Shown here: positions 47,401-58,912 of the stretch, piece by piece
How the letters are laid out: the number at the start of each line of letters is the position of its first letter
Numbering within the stretch: position 1 is the first letter of the stretch
NCBI GenBank assembly: GCA_964270895.1
Contig: OZ185442.1
DNA length: 64,000 bases
Origin: Podarcis filfolensis
Taxonomy: Eukaryota
Strand: one strand, 5' to 3'
Notes under the pieces: generated by a model
Databases searched by the model: none
Told to the model about the DNA's origin: nothing
The model's input: only the letters and a program-made list of their open reading frames with translations
Translations under genes and position numbers: made by a program

Positions 47401-50400
47401 TGGGGAGCTCACACTGAATGGGTTGAGAAGGGGTCTGTCTCCGGCCAGTCTGCTGGGCTTCAGCATCACTGCAACAGCCCTTTAGAGACAGAACACCAAA
47501 GCAATGTGTGAGGGAGAAATCCATATGCAAGCAATTCAGCTTTATCTACAGTAAACATCTTTGCTGGAAGAAGATTGGGGGGGTGTTTACCTGCAAACTG
47601 GCTTCAATAGATTTTGGGTTCAAGTGGAAGCCAGCCTTCATCGCATATTCACAGTGACCCAAACTTTCCAATGCAGCTTTATATGCCTGATATTAAATAG
47701 ATATATGTTTAATGCATCACATACCTGAATTTAAAACAACCACCACCCAATATCATCACAAAACCTTGCTAACCTAAAAGAGAAAATAACATCTTCCCCA
47801 TGATCAATCACACCCTCCCTTAACTGAGGGGGCAGCTAAAGCTTCCAGAATGTCAGCAGTCTCTGCTGTTGGCACAGAAGCTCTCATTAAAAAGGACTTG
47901 CTCAGCAGCAACCCTACTTAAGTCCTCAGACTGTCCTACATATTTTATTCCATACTCACCTAAATGGTGATATAAAGATATAACTAACCTGCAAAGCACT
48001 GTCTATTTTCAAGTTCAATTCTTTTAGCTGGTGCTCAGGAATTGCCACACTCTGGGAGCAGAAGAGTTGCTGGACCTCGATTCCAGCCAAACAGCCATCA
48101 CAACCCCTTTCTCGTAGCCGTGATGTGGCCTTCAAAGAGGACACAAAAAATGGATAAGACAAAATAGCAGTGGCTCAAAAGTGGCAAAATAAACTTTTGA
48201 GCCCCACAGTCACTATGGTGAAAGCAAACAGGAAGGGAAGTGGGTTATTTAATCTAGGTTCAGAATTTAGTTAAAGTTCTCAATTTAATCATCAGATTTG
48301 TATGACTGATTTTTCATTGCAGGGGGAGATGCAGCAGGGGGACTGCAATCTTTTAAACAAACTTGTTAACAAACCCTCATTATGGTAGCCAGCACTGCTG
48401 TCGAGGTGGGAGGGAGAACTTTGTGTATGTGGATTACTTTAATTAAATTAACAAATAATTACAGATACCAACACATTAAAAATACATATAAATGTTAAGA
48501 TGAGTGTAAGCTGGGAATTATGCATGAAGGTAAGAGAATGTACAAAATTCAACCAATATATGCGCATTCCCTAATGCAGCTAGAGATACCACTTGACTTT
48601 ACGGAGTACATTATACTCCCAACCTCATGGTGGCTTGCTGGAACCTCTAGCTTATCATTCTGTGGCCAAAGGCCTGATTTTCTGTAGAATTCTTCAGTCT
48701 TTTGGTAGTTTTAGAAACCAAAAGATTACCAACACACAAGCTGCAAGTTACCACCACTATGAAAAGTAAAGCCACTTTGCCAGAACTAAATGTATGTTAC
48801 CACTTTCAAGCCCTTGAGTTTTTTTTAAAGCTGCTTTGAGGTTTTTTCTTACAATCAAGCAGTATACATTTTTTATGAAATATAAATAAATAGGCTATGC
48901 TTGGGAGCTACCTAGCAGCACCTAGGTGGAGACAGAACACTGAATTTTGGACTGTTGACCAGATCCAGCAACACAGCAATTACATCTTTACCTCAGCCGC
49001 TCCTCTCCATGACCGCACAGCTTCTTCTAGCTCAATTGTGGGACTTGCACTGGATGTCTCAGCCATATTAGAATTCTTTCTTTCCTGAGCTACAGCTTCC
49101 GTAAAACATGAATGAGCCACTGGTTGGACCTTCTGCAGTGCTTGGGATAAAAACTGAAAATGAACCTGCATCACTGTCAAGAAACATCGTCCAAGTACCT
49201 ATGAAAATGAAAAAACAAAAACAAAAGGATATTCTTCCATTCAGTTATTTGTAAGTGCGTTCTGGTGTTTGAACTAAATTTTCCCATGTGAAAATATCTG
49301 ATTGACATTCATACAAATACAATATTACCCTACATCTAATCTAAAAATTAACAAAAGCACAAAATGAAGCAGTGGTTACTTACACTGAAGGCTCCATCCT
49401 GTGTGCCATATTGAGGGATCTAACTGAGTTGCCACTCCTCCCACACAATGACCTAAGTTAGTCATGTCCATTAATTTCAATGGGTCTACTCTGAGTAGAA
49501 CTTAGTTGGCTACAACCCAGTATTTTGAGGATTCTGTGGTTAAATGCACTAGACACAATAACTGCAGTAAAGTACATTTGCTTGCCTCATTTTTGGAGTA
49601 TGTAGCATGCACAAGCAGCCGTTCAGACAGGCTGTAAGAGAGGGAGACATGGGCCTCCACGGCCCCTTCCATCTAAAAGACCAGTAAATTACAGTTCCCT
49701 GTAACTAAGAGCTTGTTTCCCCACCCCTACCAATTCCTTTTCCTTTTGTGCCTTTTAGATTGTATACCCAAGGACAGAGACTGTATTATCACTGATAACT
49801 GTAACTTGCTCTGCAGCTGAAGAGGGGGATAAAAATGCTTTAAATAAATTTAAATAAGTATTTCAATAAGGCAAATAGATATACGACTTCTTTTTAGAAT
49901 ACGTTTCCCCTTTTAATAAATCCATTTACTGGCTGAGTTTGTCAAAATGCTAACAGCTAATTCTACTTAAGCAGAACTGCTGGTGGTAGTGGCTCCCCCT
50001 CCCTGCCCATTCCATCTAGTCTCCCTTCAACATTCCTTTATGATTCGATCATTTCCCCTCTTTGTACAAAGTTTAAACTGAACAGTTTAGGTATGCCGAC
50101 TGGCCTCTCCAGTGCAGTTTCCTTATTTTAAGAAGTATTCAGCTAGCATACACACACACACATACGTAAAAAAAATATTGCAATGGTTAAGCCTGTCAAT
50201 ACGATTCTTATGGAAAGAATGACACTCTGATTCTGGGTTCTTACAGAATTCAGTTTATTTAGGCCAAGGGCTACTTGTCTCAAATTATTAGTAAAGCTTA
50301 TTTTAAAAGTTGAAACTGATGAGACTCCAGAGCACACTCCAACAGAAAAGCTCCTTTCTTCTAGGGGCCACTGGTTAAGGCAAACAGCAAGAACACATTT

Positions 50401-53400
50401 TGCAGTACCGCAGACTATTTTGCAAGATTGCAGAAAGTACAACTCTAAAAAGTGGTACAAATACAAATCTACTGTGTTGGTTCCCTTTCTAAAACATTTC
50501 TAAAGGGGGTGGGGGTGGCAGCGGCGGTGTAGACTTGTATGGCTTAAGAGCCAGCCTCTGTGCTCACCATCCATACCTAACACAGGTGAAGGGAGTTGTT
50601 CTCACATTTACACAAAAGCCTGGATAACATAATCAACAAATGGAAGAAATTGCTGCTGCTTCTCACCTCCACCAAACTGCAGCACAAGCAAGAACTCAGG
50701 GGCAGGGATGTGGGGCTAGGAGTCTCCCCTGTCTAAAATGTTGGGAAGCTGCTCTCAGTAGTAGAATACTGAGCTAAATGCAATGGTCTGACTCAGTACC
50801 AGGCAGATTTATGTGTTCCTGTGCTGCTGAACAAAGCAGATTTGTGGACACCAGCTAAAGTGTCCATTGAGTGTTTTAGAATGTAACAATATAGAACTAG
50901 GATGAAATTCTCTCTGCTTCTTTTCCATCTCAGGGCCAATTTTATTATCTGTTACACAATCTGAATTGTGACACATGTGTGTTCACATACATTTTTGGCT
51001 CCATATGTAAGCAATGGATGCATCCTGGGGCCTGGATTCCTGCAGCATACTGGTATAGTGCTTGCCTCAAACTTTGTGCTGTGCATTCTGGGAACTGGCA
51101 GTACTGATACTGTGTACCTGAAAATTTTATAACATGTCATGCAGCCCCAATTTAAAAAGACAACCCTGTAAGGGCTTTTGAATGTCATCATCTTGCTTAC
51201 AACATGCTACCAAGAGAAAATAATAGGGAAGTAGGTGAACACTCTTGGGGGCAGCTTTAGACATCATGCACGTCAGAAGCATGAATGACTTGCACTCGTG
51301 ACTGTCATTCAAAGCTGCAAGATGCACGTCTCCCCGTATTTTGCAACACTACTTTCCCCCTCCAAGGGGTGGAGACAGACAGGGAAGGAAAGAAAAACAT
51401 ACACATCTCCAGGCTTTGGACAAGTCATGGAAATGTTGTGATACAAGTGAGTACAAATGAGATACTTCTGCCTCATGCCACATTGAAATACACCCTAAGA
51501 AACAACAGAGGCTTACCAGGACAAAAACTGCTTTTAACAGTGTTTATCACTTCTCTCTAGTTGAGAAATGAGTGTGCCAATGTGGTGACTGGAATGCTGA
51601 AGACCCATATTCAAAACCCCACTCAGACATGAAGCTGTTAGTGAACTCTACAATGTTCTCTAACAGCAAAAGCCCACCATCAGGTTGAAAAACTTGTATG
51701 TATATTTAGTTGAGCCAAAAGAATGTCCTGCATCTGACTACTTATGCATGTCCTGTACAGATGGCAAAGTAGCACATGTGACACAAGCAACTGCAGCTAT
51801 GCAACCAAAATAAAGTGACACCTGTCTTTTTTACTTACTGCAGAAATACTTAAAGGCAAGACGATGTGACAGGAACACACACACAAAACCCCTCAAGATG
51901 TAGCTAACAATGGCAATCCTACTGGATAATTCAGCCAAGCTCACTTTCTTAAAAACACAAAATCCTTTTTCAAAACACATCAGCTAGAGCACAAGTAGGT
52001 TGATATGGGAGAAAGTGCTCTGAGATATCTAGGTTCAAACAGTTTGGGGCTTTAAAACGAAACACTAGCGCCCTAAATTTGGCTCAGAGGTGGACATGTA
52101 GCAAGTGATCCCCTTCTAAAACTTTGCAGATATGATTGGAATGATCTTCCCCAATTAAATTCCTAGCAGCTGTATTCTGAGCTGACTGTTGCTTCTAGGC
52201 AGTTTTCAAAGGCTGCCTCCAAAGGCATCCTGGCACCCTACTCTTCTAGAGGATTATGACTCTATCAATAACAGGTTGAATCCACACACACAAACCCCCG
52301 CCCTGAACCAAAACCCCCCACATACCCACAACACCTCTATCTTGTTGGGACTGAGCTTCCGCTTATTAACACTCAATTGCAAATTCTAGACAACAGCTCA
52401 GCACTTCCACTACCTCACCTGACTAGGAGAAACACAGCATACTGAAAGCACTCTATTCCAAATTCCCAGATGGCTTTCCCCAATGGCTTCATATAGATAT
52501 CAAACAGCATAGGAGACAAGATGGAATCCTGCAGGACGAAGCCAGCCATGCTAACTAGAAACTTCCCAAGGGCATTCAGGAATACATTGGATTGCGTAAG
52601 CCTCCAAAAGTGTGTCTCCATCCTGAATCTCCATCCTGAATCTCCATGTTTATATTTTTAAACTCATTGCTCCTTTGAATGCCTAAGCTATCCATTAAGT
52701 GAATGGACTCTGCAGTACCATAGTTACATTTAGCTATACTCACCATGGTGCTTCAAAGATTAGATATCGGTTAAATGGGTTTTTACACCACTCTTCAATA
52801 AAGGCTTTCCAATCAGAACACAATAATCAATAGTGGTTTTTGAACAGTACCTGTGCTTATTTTATATACATTTAAGCTGCAATGTAATTCTCAAATACTT
52901 TATTTCCCTCTGAACTTACTGTTTACATTTTTCTTTACACCTATGTGTGTGTATACCTTGCCAACAAAAGATCACACTCCAGTCATCTGATGAAGTGGAC
53001 TCTAGTCCACAGTTGTGTTTAAGATTCCACAAAACACTGTACATTTAAACGGCTGCTTCTCTTGTGTATATGAGGATTTTTCCTCAGATTATTAGATAAG
53101 ATATTGCAATATGCCATATCAATTCAATTTTTTGTTTTAAAAAAATCACTGTCATTTTAAGACACTAGGCAGACAATAAGTCAGGTGCAGATGTATAATT
53201 AATACTTTTTCTATCTTCACTAAAACAGCACAAAAATGGAATGGGCTCCTCCTGTTGGACATCTATAATACAGTTGAACCTCTGTTTACCTAACCCTCTG
53301 GTTACATAAACTTCGGGATGCACGCGTGGCAAACCTGGAAGTATTTTACCGGGTTTCGCCACGCGTGCATGTGCAGAAGCAGTCCTCGGGATCCTTGGGA

Positions 53401-54102
53401 TCCGACCAGACCTCCGGAACAAATCCTATCTGCAACCAGAGGTACCACTGTACTTGTCCACTGGCTGTGCTCACTGAAGCTGATAGGAAGTGGAGTCCAA
53501 CAGCATCTGGGAGGACCACATGTTCCCTATGCCTGGCTTAAACCTTCTCTGCAGGTCTTGCAGATACCAGGCAATTTAAGGAGATGGATAGGAAATCAGT
53601 GATATCAGTGTTAACTCACCTCAATGTCCTGTAGGCTGAATTCCTTTTGATCTTTAAAGTTCGCTGCTCCAGCACTCAGTTCCATGAGCATTTTTGCTAT
53701 TTCTGGTTTTATTGCTGCTGTGAGTCGACTTGCTGCTTCCATGACATGTTCCTGCACGTCTTTCAGTTGCATAGCTGCCTTAGAATAGTGCGAGTTCCGA
53801 AATACACTGCTGAAAAGATCTGTAAGGAACGCGCTTGCACGGCAAAATACATTGAGTGCATCCAGATATTTGGAGATTCCCTGCTGGATGTCTGCAATTG
53901 GAGTCGCATGGTTGCAGCCGCCAGCAGCAGCCGGAGAAATCAGAGGGGATGTTGTGGCTGGAGATGCTAAAGGTGCACTCAGAGTCTTGCCTAGTTCTGG
54001 CACTTGATACTGCTGGTGTTGCTGCACCTTTTGCTTGGACCCGCCAAGCAAAAAGCGCCGCTTGTAGTCCATTTTACTTTCTTGTGCACTGCAGCAATAC
54101 AT
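31549..54102 (-). CDS. GARRE1: Granule associated Rac and RHOG effector 1 (KIAA0355), complete spliced CDS (13 coding exons, 3192 nt, 1063 aa)
   Basis: join of 54102-53620,49198-48992,48129-47989,47686-47591,47479-47318,45115-44957,42275-42178,42048-41923,37967-36940,35461-35296,34332-34198,32915-32837,31860-31549; starts MYCCSAQESKMDYKRRFLLGGSKQK and ends KHERRPSYMHQY*; all phases consistent. Confidence 0.96.
32837..32915 (-). CDS. GARRE1: GARRE1 coding exon 12 (KHSSGEQDPSTLPSPPLLSTVDDHSQ)
   Basis: 79 nt, cacag|...CAG|gcaagt (GC donor). Confidence 0.92.
33697..33737. repeat. (ATA)n microsatellite
   Basis: Direct read. Confidence 0.95.
34198..34332 (-). CDS. GARRE1: GARRE1 coding exon 11 (EMASSWSGTQGDSASSSDE...VAAVKQR)
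   Basis: 135 nt, ctcag|...|gtgag. Confidence 0.93.
35296..35461 (-). CDS. GARRE1: GARRE1 coding exon 10 (GSDPEFARYVAGVSQAMQQKR...PEYFTE)
   Basis: 166 nt, cccag|...|gtaag. Confidence 0.95.
35790..35838. repeat. (CTAT)12 microsatellite
   Basis: Direct read. Confidence 0.95.
36940..37967 (-). CDS. GARRE1: GARRE1 coding exon 9, large low-complexity exon (EQALPCIQIQ...FLPFDPA)
   Basis: 1028 nt, aacag|...|gtgtg; Ser-rich and polyQ segments. Confidence 0.95.
38097..38810. mobile_element. Probable hAT-derived insertion (714 bp)
   Basis: Perfect 8-bp flanking repeat gtataaaa (38089-38096, 38811-38818); TIRs degenerate (caggggtgcc / tggaggttgcc). Confidence 0.6.
38359..38404. repeat. (ATT)n microsatellite
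   Basis: Direct read; lies inside the 38097-38810 insertion. Confidence 0.95.
39117..40093. mobile_element. Non-autonomous hAT element (977 bp, GC-rich)
   Basis: TIR tagggctgggcg / tagcactgggcg; perfect 8-bp TSD cttctgaa (39109-39116, 40094-40101). Confidence 0.88.
41923..42048 (-). CDS. GARRE1: GARRE1 coding exon 8 (CLKEDPATMSLLQRSLDPEK...NRWKEG)
   Basis: 126 nt, cttag|...|gtagg. Confidence 0.95.
42178..42275 (-). CDS. GARRE1: GARRE1 coding exon 7 (VVVDTAQIENKEAYAPQISLEGSRIVVQVPST)
   Basis: 98 nt, aatag|...|gtaat. Confidence 0.95.
44957..45115 (-). CDS. GARRE1: GARRE1 coding exon 6 (HTMIQLIKEAG...LLFGQAGL)
   Basis: 159 nt, tgcag|...|gtaag. Confidence 0.95.
46727..46952. mobile_element. 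Tc1/mariner-type MITE, 226 bp
   Basis: TA|cagtcatacctc...gaggtaccactg|TA. Confidence 0.88.
47318..47479 (-). CDS. GARRE1: GARRE1 coding exon 5 (GCCSDAEAQQ...DNLKLKT)
   Basis: 162 nt, taaag|...|gtaagt. Confidence 0.95.
47591..47686 (-). CDS. GARRE1: GARRE1 coding exon 4 (AYKAALESLGHCEYAMKAGFHLNPKSIEASLQ)
   Basis: 96 nt, atcag|...|gtaaa. Confidence 0.95.
47989..48129 (-). CDS. GARRE1: GARRE1 coding exon 3 (ATSRLRERGCDG...KIDSALQ)
   Basis: 141 nt, tgaag|...|gttag. Confidence 0.94.
48992..49198 (-). CDS. GARRE1: GARRE1 coding exon 2 (VLGRCFLTVMQVHFQ...RSWRGAAE)
   Basis: 207 nt, catag|...|gtaaa. Confidence 0.95.
49412..49518. repeat. Imperfect palindromic interspersed repeat (ccattaatttcaatgggtctactctgagta family)
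   Basis: Related copies near 11180-11280, 20645-20750 and 38493-38598. Confidence 0.6.
52400..52625 (-). mobile_element. L2/CR1-clade RT fragment
   Basis: QDSILSPMLFDIYMKPLG motif, similar to the copy at 55245. Confidence 0.7.
52982..53012. mobile_element. Short Penelope-like terminal-repeat remnant
   Basis: catctgatgaagtggactctagtccac; reverse-related remnant at about 45585-45620. Confidence 0.4.
53271..53450. mobile_element. Tc1/mariner-type MITE, 180 bp
   Basis: TA|cagttgaacctctg...cagaggtaccactg|TA. Confidence 0.85.
53620..54102 (-). CDS. GARRE1: GARRE1 first coding exon (MYCCSAQ...FSLQDIE)
   Basis: 483 nt, donor GAG|gtgag; ORF-track start at 54120 is TTG, the true ATG is 54102. Confidence 0.95.
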
Positions 54103-54728
54103 AAGGAAGTACTTGACCAAAGGTTCCTTGAATTAACAATCCCTCCTCTTGAATTGCTCCCTTAGAAATAGATCTATGTGTAGCAGTAGTAGAGTATGCA
54201 CTTAATTTTCATAGGAGGCATTTCAAAAACAAAAAAGATAGGTAATTTGTGTCAGCAGTGAGAAAGGCAGCAGGTTTACTGTCTTTGTAGTATTCAGTGT
54301 TCAAATGCAGCACTGCTGCTATTACAAACTATAATTGTAAAAGCTAGCTATGATAGTTTTTTAAAAATACTTTATTTTCCACTTAGCATTCTATTGTGTG
54401 CACTCAAGATACAATTTCAAAGCAGGGGGCAAAACAAAACAAAAAAACCAAAACAATCTGTTGCAGTTTTCCTGCCACCACATTTTTGACACCTGACGTT
54501 AACATTAATTTACACTGAAGGAACTTAATTTTTTTCAAAGTAATATAATAGTTAGAAACTGCTTCAAATAGTATTAGGAGGGGATGAGCAAAATCACTGT
54601 TCAACAGTGATTGTTAACAGAGACGTCTTTCTTTGAAGAACCACTGAGCCTTCACATCAGCAGATCTAACAGCTTCTTGGTTTGACAGAGCCCGTCAGTC
54701 AAATCCGTTTGAGTTTCCCATCTTAATA
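54103..54728 (-). other. Probable long 5' UTR portion of the GARRE1 first coding exon
   Basis: Strong acceptor ttttttttcag|tattaag at 54729-54730; a weaker alternative acceptor at 54161-54162; contains uORFs. Confidence 0.5.
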
Positions 54729-55244
54729 CTGAAAAAAAATATGGAAATTTGTTTCCTGGAGACTTTGCAAGTACACATTATTCAGAAAAACTGTTTTGTT
54801 TTTATTGCAAGTCTTTCCACCTTTCCTTCCGTGTGCTGAGGTAGTTTCCTTTTAACATTAATGAGTAGTGCTTTCAGGGAGCTTCTCTCGATTGTAGAGC
54901 CCAAAGGATGCAGAAATGTATTTAAGGCCTCTAGGTCATTCCTAAGCAGGGGGGGAAACAGGAAAAGATTATAGGTAAGTGAGCTGTTTTATTTAAGTGC
55001 TAAGTCCCTACTCTCTGGGAATGATTCTTTGGAAGTAAACTATTATGAACACATCTTAACATGTTTATTTTCTCTGTGCTTTCATGCAGTCCCTTTCACT
55101 TACAAACCAATCCATAGCTTACTTATTAAACCATTCATCTACTTGTAATATATTTAGTATATTTAAATGGGATGCTATAATAATGGATGTTAAAACAAAA
55201 TACTGTACAGTTGTCTATTGTACTGTTAAGTACACAACCACTGC

Positions 55245-56396
55245 ATAGTTTCAGTCCTACTTGGATGGTCGCTCCCAGAGGGTAATACTTGGGGAGTGCT
55301 TTTCAACTCTGTGGAGCCTTCAGTGTGGAGTTTCTCAGGGCTCAATTTTACCCCCGATGCTATTTAACATTTACATGAAAATGCTGCTGAGTGAGGTCAT
55401 CCAGACCCCAGTGGGCTGTCAGCAATATGTTGATGACACACAACTCTATTACTCCTTACATCTGTGGGTAAAGCAGTGGATGTGCTGAACTGATGTCTTG
55501 CCTTGGTAAGAGACTGGATGAGAGCCAACAATTGAAGCTCAACCCAGATAAGATTGAAGTACTGTTGGTGGGTGGTTCCTCAGACCAGATGGCAGGGAGG
55601 TTGCCTGCTCTAGATGGGGTTACATTCCCTCTGAAGGAGCAGGTATATAGCTTGGGGGTACTCCTGGATCCTCTGCTGTCATTTGAGGAACAGGTGGCCT
55701 CAGTGGTTCAGAGAGCCTTCCATCAGCTTTGGCTGGTGGCCCAGCTGCATCCCTATCTGGACCTGGATAACCTAACTTCTATTGTCTATGCTCTGGTAAC
55801 TTCTAGGTTGGATTACTGCAACACATTATAAGTAGGGCTGCCTCTGCAGATGGTTCAAAAGCTTCAGCTAGTACACAATGCAGCAGCCAGGTTGCTCACA
55901 GTGACAAGACAGTCTGAGCATATTGCACCGACTGCATTGGCTGCCAATTAGTTTCTGGGCCTGATTGAAAGTGCTGGTTTTGACCTATAAATCCTTAAAT
56001 GGTTCAGGACCGCAATACCTTAAGTACCGTCTCTCCCCATAGAAACCCATCCCAGACGCGGCGTTCATCACTGGAGGCCCTTCTTTGTGTGCCTCCTCCA
56101 TTTGAGGTCTGGAGTGGGGCAACACGAGAACAGGCTTTTTTTGCAGTGGCTTCCCTTTGTGGAATGTTCTCCCCAGGGAGGTTCGCCTGGCACCTTCATT
56201 ATATATTTTTAGGTGCCCGGTAAAAACAACCCTCTTCAACAAGGCCTTTGGCTTATTAATATTCTACAGCAATTAAAATGTGTCTGTGGGAGGGGGGTAT
56301 TGTTTTGCTGTTTTGTTTTATTTATTTTCATGTTTTTATCCTGTATTTTATTCTGTGAACCGCCCTGGGATCTTATAAAAAAGGTGGTATATCAAT
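55245..56396 (+). mobile_element. 5'-truncated, degenerate L2/CR1-clade LINE (RT remnant and 3' end)
   Basis: CGVSQGSILPPMLFNIYMK, YVDDTQLY, LNPDKIEVL, SRLDYCN motifs with frameshifts; typical squamate 3' end followed by a (CTAA)12 tail. Confidence 0.88.

Positions 56397-56444
<48 letters not shown>
56397..56444. repeat. (CTAA)12 microsatellite, LINE tail
   Basis: Direct read, abuts the L2 3' end. Confidence 0.95.
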
Positions 56445-57095
56445 ATGAGTAGAATTAGATTAAGGATAAAAGGAAGCGTGGAGGTGCTGGTACAGGCCAA
56501 TATTTGGCCACTCTGTGATCCAGCAGAATGCTTTATTTATTTACTGAATTTATATCTTGCCCTTCCTCCCAAAGGAGCCCAAGTTGACAAACAGATCCAC
56601 AATTTAAAAACAAAAACAAAGCAAATATTGGTGGGTTGTTTTTTTTTATTACTCCTCCAGTTCAACTAAAGAAAGAGGAGGTTGAAAGAAGGCTAAATTA
56701 CTTCAAATACTGCAAAATATGTATTTCTCCCTCCTTTAGCTGGGGTTTTGGTTTTAAAGAAGGGAACTCCAATAATGAATTTTATAGACAGCTAAAAGAT
56801 TGTGATAAAAAGCTGCTTCTTTTGCTGGCTTGCCATGCTCACAACAAATAGCCAAAGGCTGCTCTTTTATGAAGATTTTTCAACAGCACTACTGACATTA
56901 GTCTTTCGAAACCACTTTAATGGAAAGGTATGAACTCTCCCCTTTGCCATCTATAATATACTCCACTCCAACTTGAATTTAATTTAATTTAATGGATTTA
57001 TACTCAGCTTTTTGAGAAAATCCTCAATAAAGTGGCTTACAGTATTTTAAAATACAAATGCATTTCATGCAACCTTTTAACACAGTCAGTCAGTA

Positions 57096-57266
57096 CAGTG
57101 GACGCTCGGGTTGTGAACGCACGCACGCATGGGTTGCAATTCAGCACTTATGCGTATGTGCAACTGCCAAAACCCAGAAGTAACCTGTTCTGGTACTTCC
57201 GGGTTTCAGCAGGTCTGTAACCCAAAAAAACGCAACCTGAAGTGTCTGTAACCCGAGGTACGACTG
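57096..57266. mobile_element. Tc1/mariner-type MITE, 171 bp
   Basis: TA|cagtggacgctcggg...cccgaggtacgactg|TA. Confidence 0.82.
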
Positions 57267-57956
57267 TAATAAATATTAAAATTATTAAAATCACAATAAA
57301 ATAATTTAGGCATACCCACCCTAATCAAAAGTTTTTGAAAAAATATAGGCTTTTAAAGCCCTCTTAAATACTGAGAGAAATTGCGCCTTCAGGCTCTTTG
57401 TATTTGTTCTCCATAACTTCAGAACCACCACAGTGTTTTAGAAACAAATTATTTAAGTGGCGTGCTTCCCAAAGTAATCAATATAAGAAAACCCCTATTG
57501 CAAACTGACAACATTTTGGGATGGCATCGCTTCATAAAATCTTTCAACAAATAGCATGTTACTAAGCATCCCATTACATCACATCATCACAGCTGATCAG
57601 TCTAGGGGTTTCTGCTATTGTTAATGCATTATCTTAAAAATGAACCAGTTATTTTTATTTCTTCATTTTCATGCAGTTCTTCAGCCCACATATATTTCTG
57701 TTTCACATTTACAATTGTTAGCCTTTTATACCAAACCAACTTCCTCTGATTACGTTGATGCAAATGGGTTTTTCTAACACTTAGCTACTGTAATAAAATA
57801 CATGTAACTTGGAATAATTTAGAAAAATCAAGCAAAGACACAAATCACAAAAATCTAGAATGTATCACACAATTTTTGCAGTATTTTCTGCATGTACTTG
57901 CAAGGTTAGGAATGAAATAGCAGTAAGTAAATAAATAAAGTATGAATACGAGCATA

Positions 57957-58312
57957 AAGGTAAAGGTACCCCTGCCCGTACGGGCCAGTCTTGCCAGACT
58001 TTAGGGTTGTGCGCTCATCTCACTCTATAGGCCGGGAGCCAGCGCTGTCCGCAGACACTTCCGGGTCACGTGGCCAGCGTGACAACCTGCATCTGGCGAG
58101 CCAGCGCAGCACACGGAACGCCGTTTACCTTCCCACTGGAAAGCGTTCCCTATTTATCTACTTGCACCGGGGGGTGCTTTCGAACTGCTAGGTTGGCAGG
58201 CGCTAGGACCAAACGACGAGAGCGCACCCTGCCGTGGGGATTTGAACCGCCGACCATGCGATCGGCAAGTCCTAGGCGCTGAGGTTTTACCCACAGCGCC
58301 ACCCGCGTCCCT
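57957..58312 (-). mobile_element. Full-length Sauria SINE (tRNA-related head, Bov-B-like tail)
   Basis: Minus-strand head gggacgcgggtggcgctgtggg, (ACCTTT)-type tail, perfect 16-bp TSD tatgaatacgagcata at 57941-57956 and 58313-58328. Confidence 0.92.
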
Positions 58313-58912
58313 TATGAATACGAGCATAGCAGTGCTTAATAGGTCTTATCTGCAACGACCACAAACAAAATGCCTAGAAACAACCATACAAAACAAATAG
58401 CCAAAAAGTTGGGACAGGACTTATATGCATGTGGCTGTAATAGATAAACTTCATGACAAATATTAAAAGGTAGCTGCCAACATCAATCCTATCATTACAA
58501 GTCATAAAGGAAGGCATCGACATCAAGGTTTCCCAAATGTGATGAAGAATGCCCATCTATTCTTTGTAAATCATCCTGGGATTTTGTTCAGACAGGATAG
58601 CAATCTCTACACAAGATCACAATTGATCTTCCCCTCTAAATTATATAGCAGACTTGTCAGATTATTCATTTCAGCTACCTTCAAATCCCTCAATTGTTCT
58701 TACATATAAAGTGAACCTTTAGATTTTGCTGTTCAGCAATAATTTTTTTTGTTGCTAATAATAAATTATAAATAAGTGCTTTGTGGTTCATTTAGACTTC
58801 TACTAAGAACTATTTCCAGGTTTTACTAAAATTAGGCATGCCCTATCCACCATCCCTATTCCCTGTTTCTGGAGATTATTATCCACCCAGACTGGCTGGG
58901 GCAACCCAGTCA

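Noticed and set aside
54835-54850. let-7-like seed (tgaggtagt)
   Set aside because: Diverges from let-7 after position 9 and I see no precursor hairpin.
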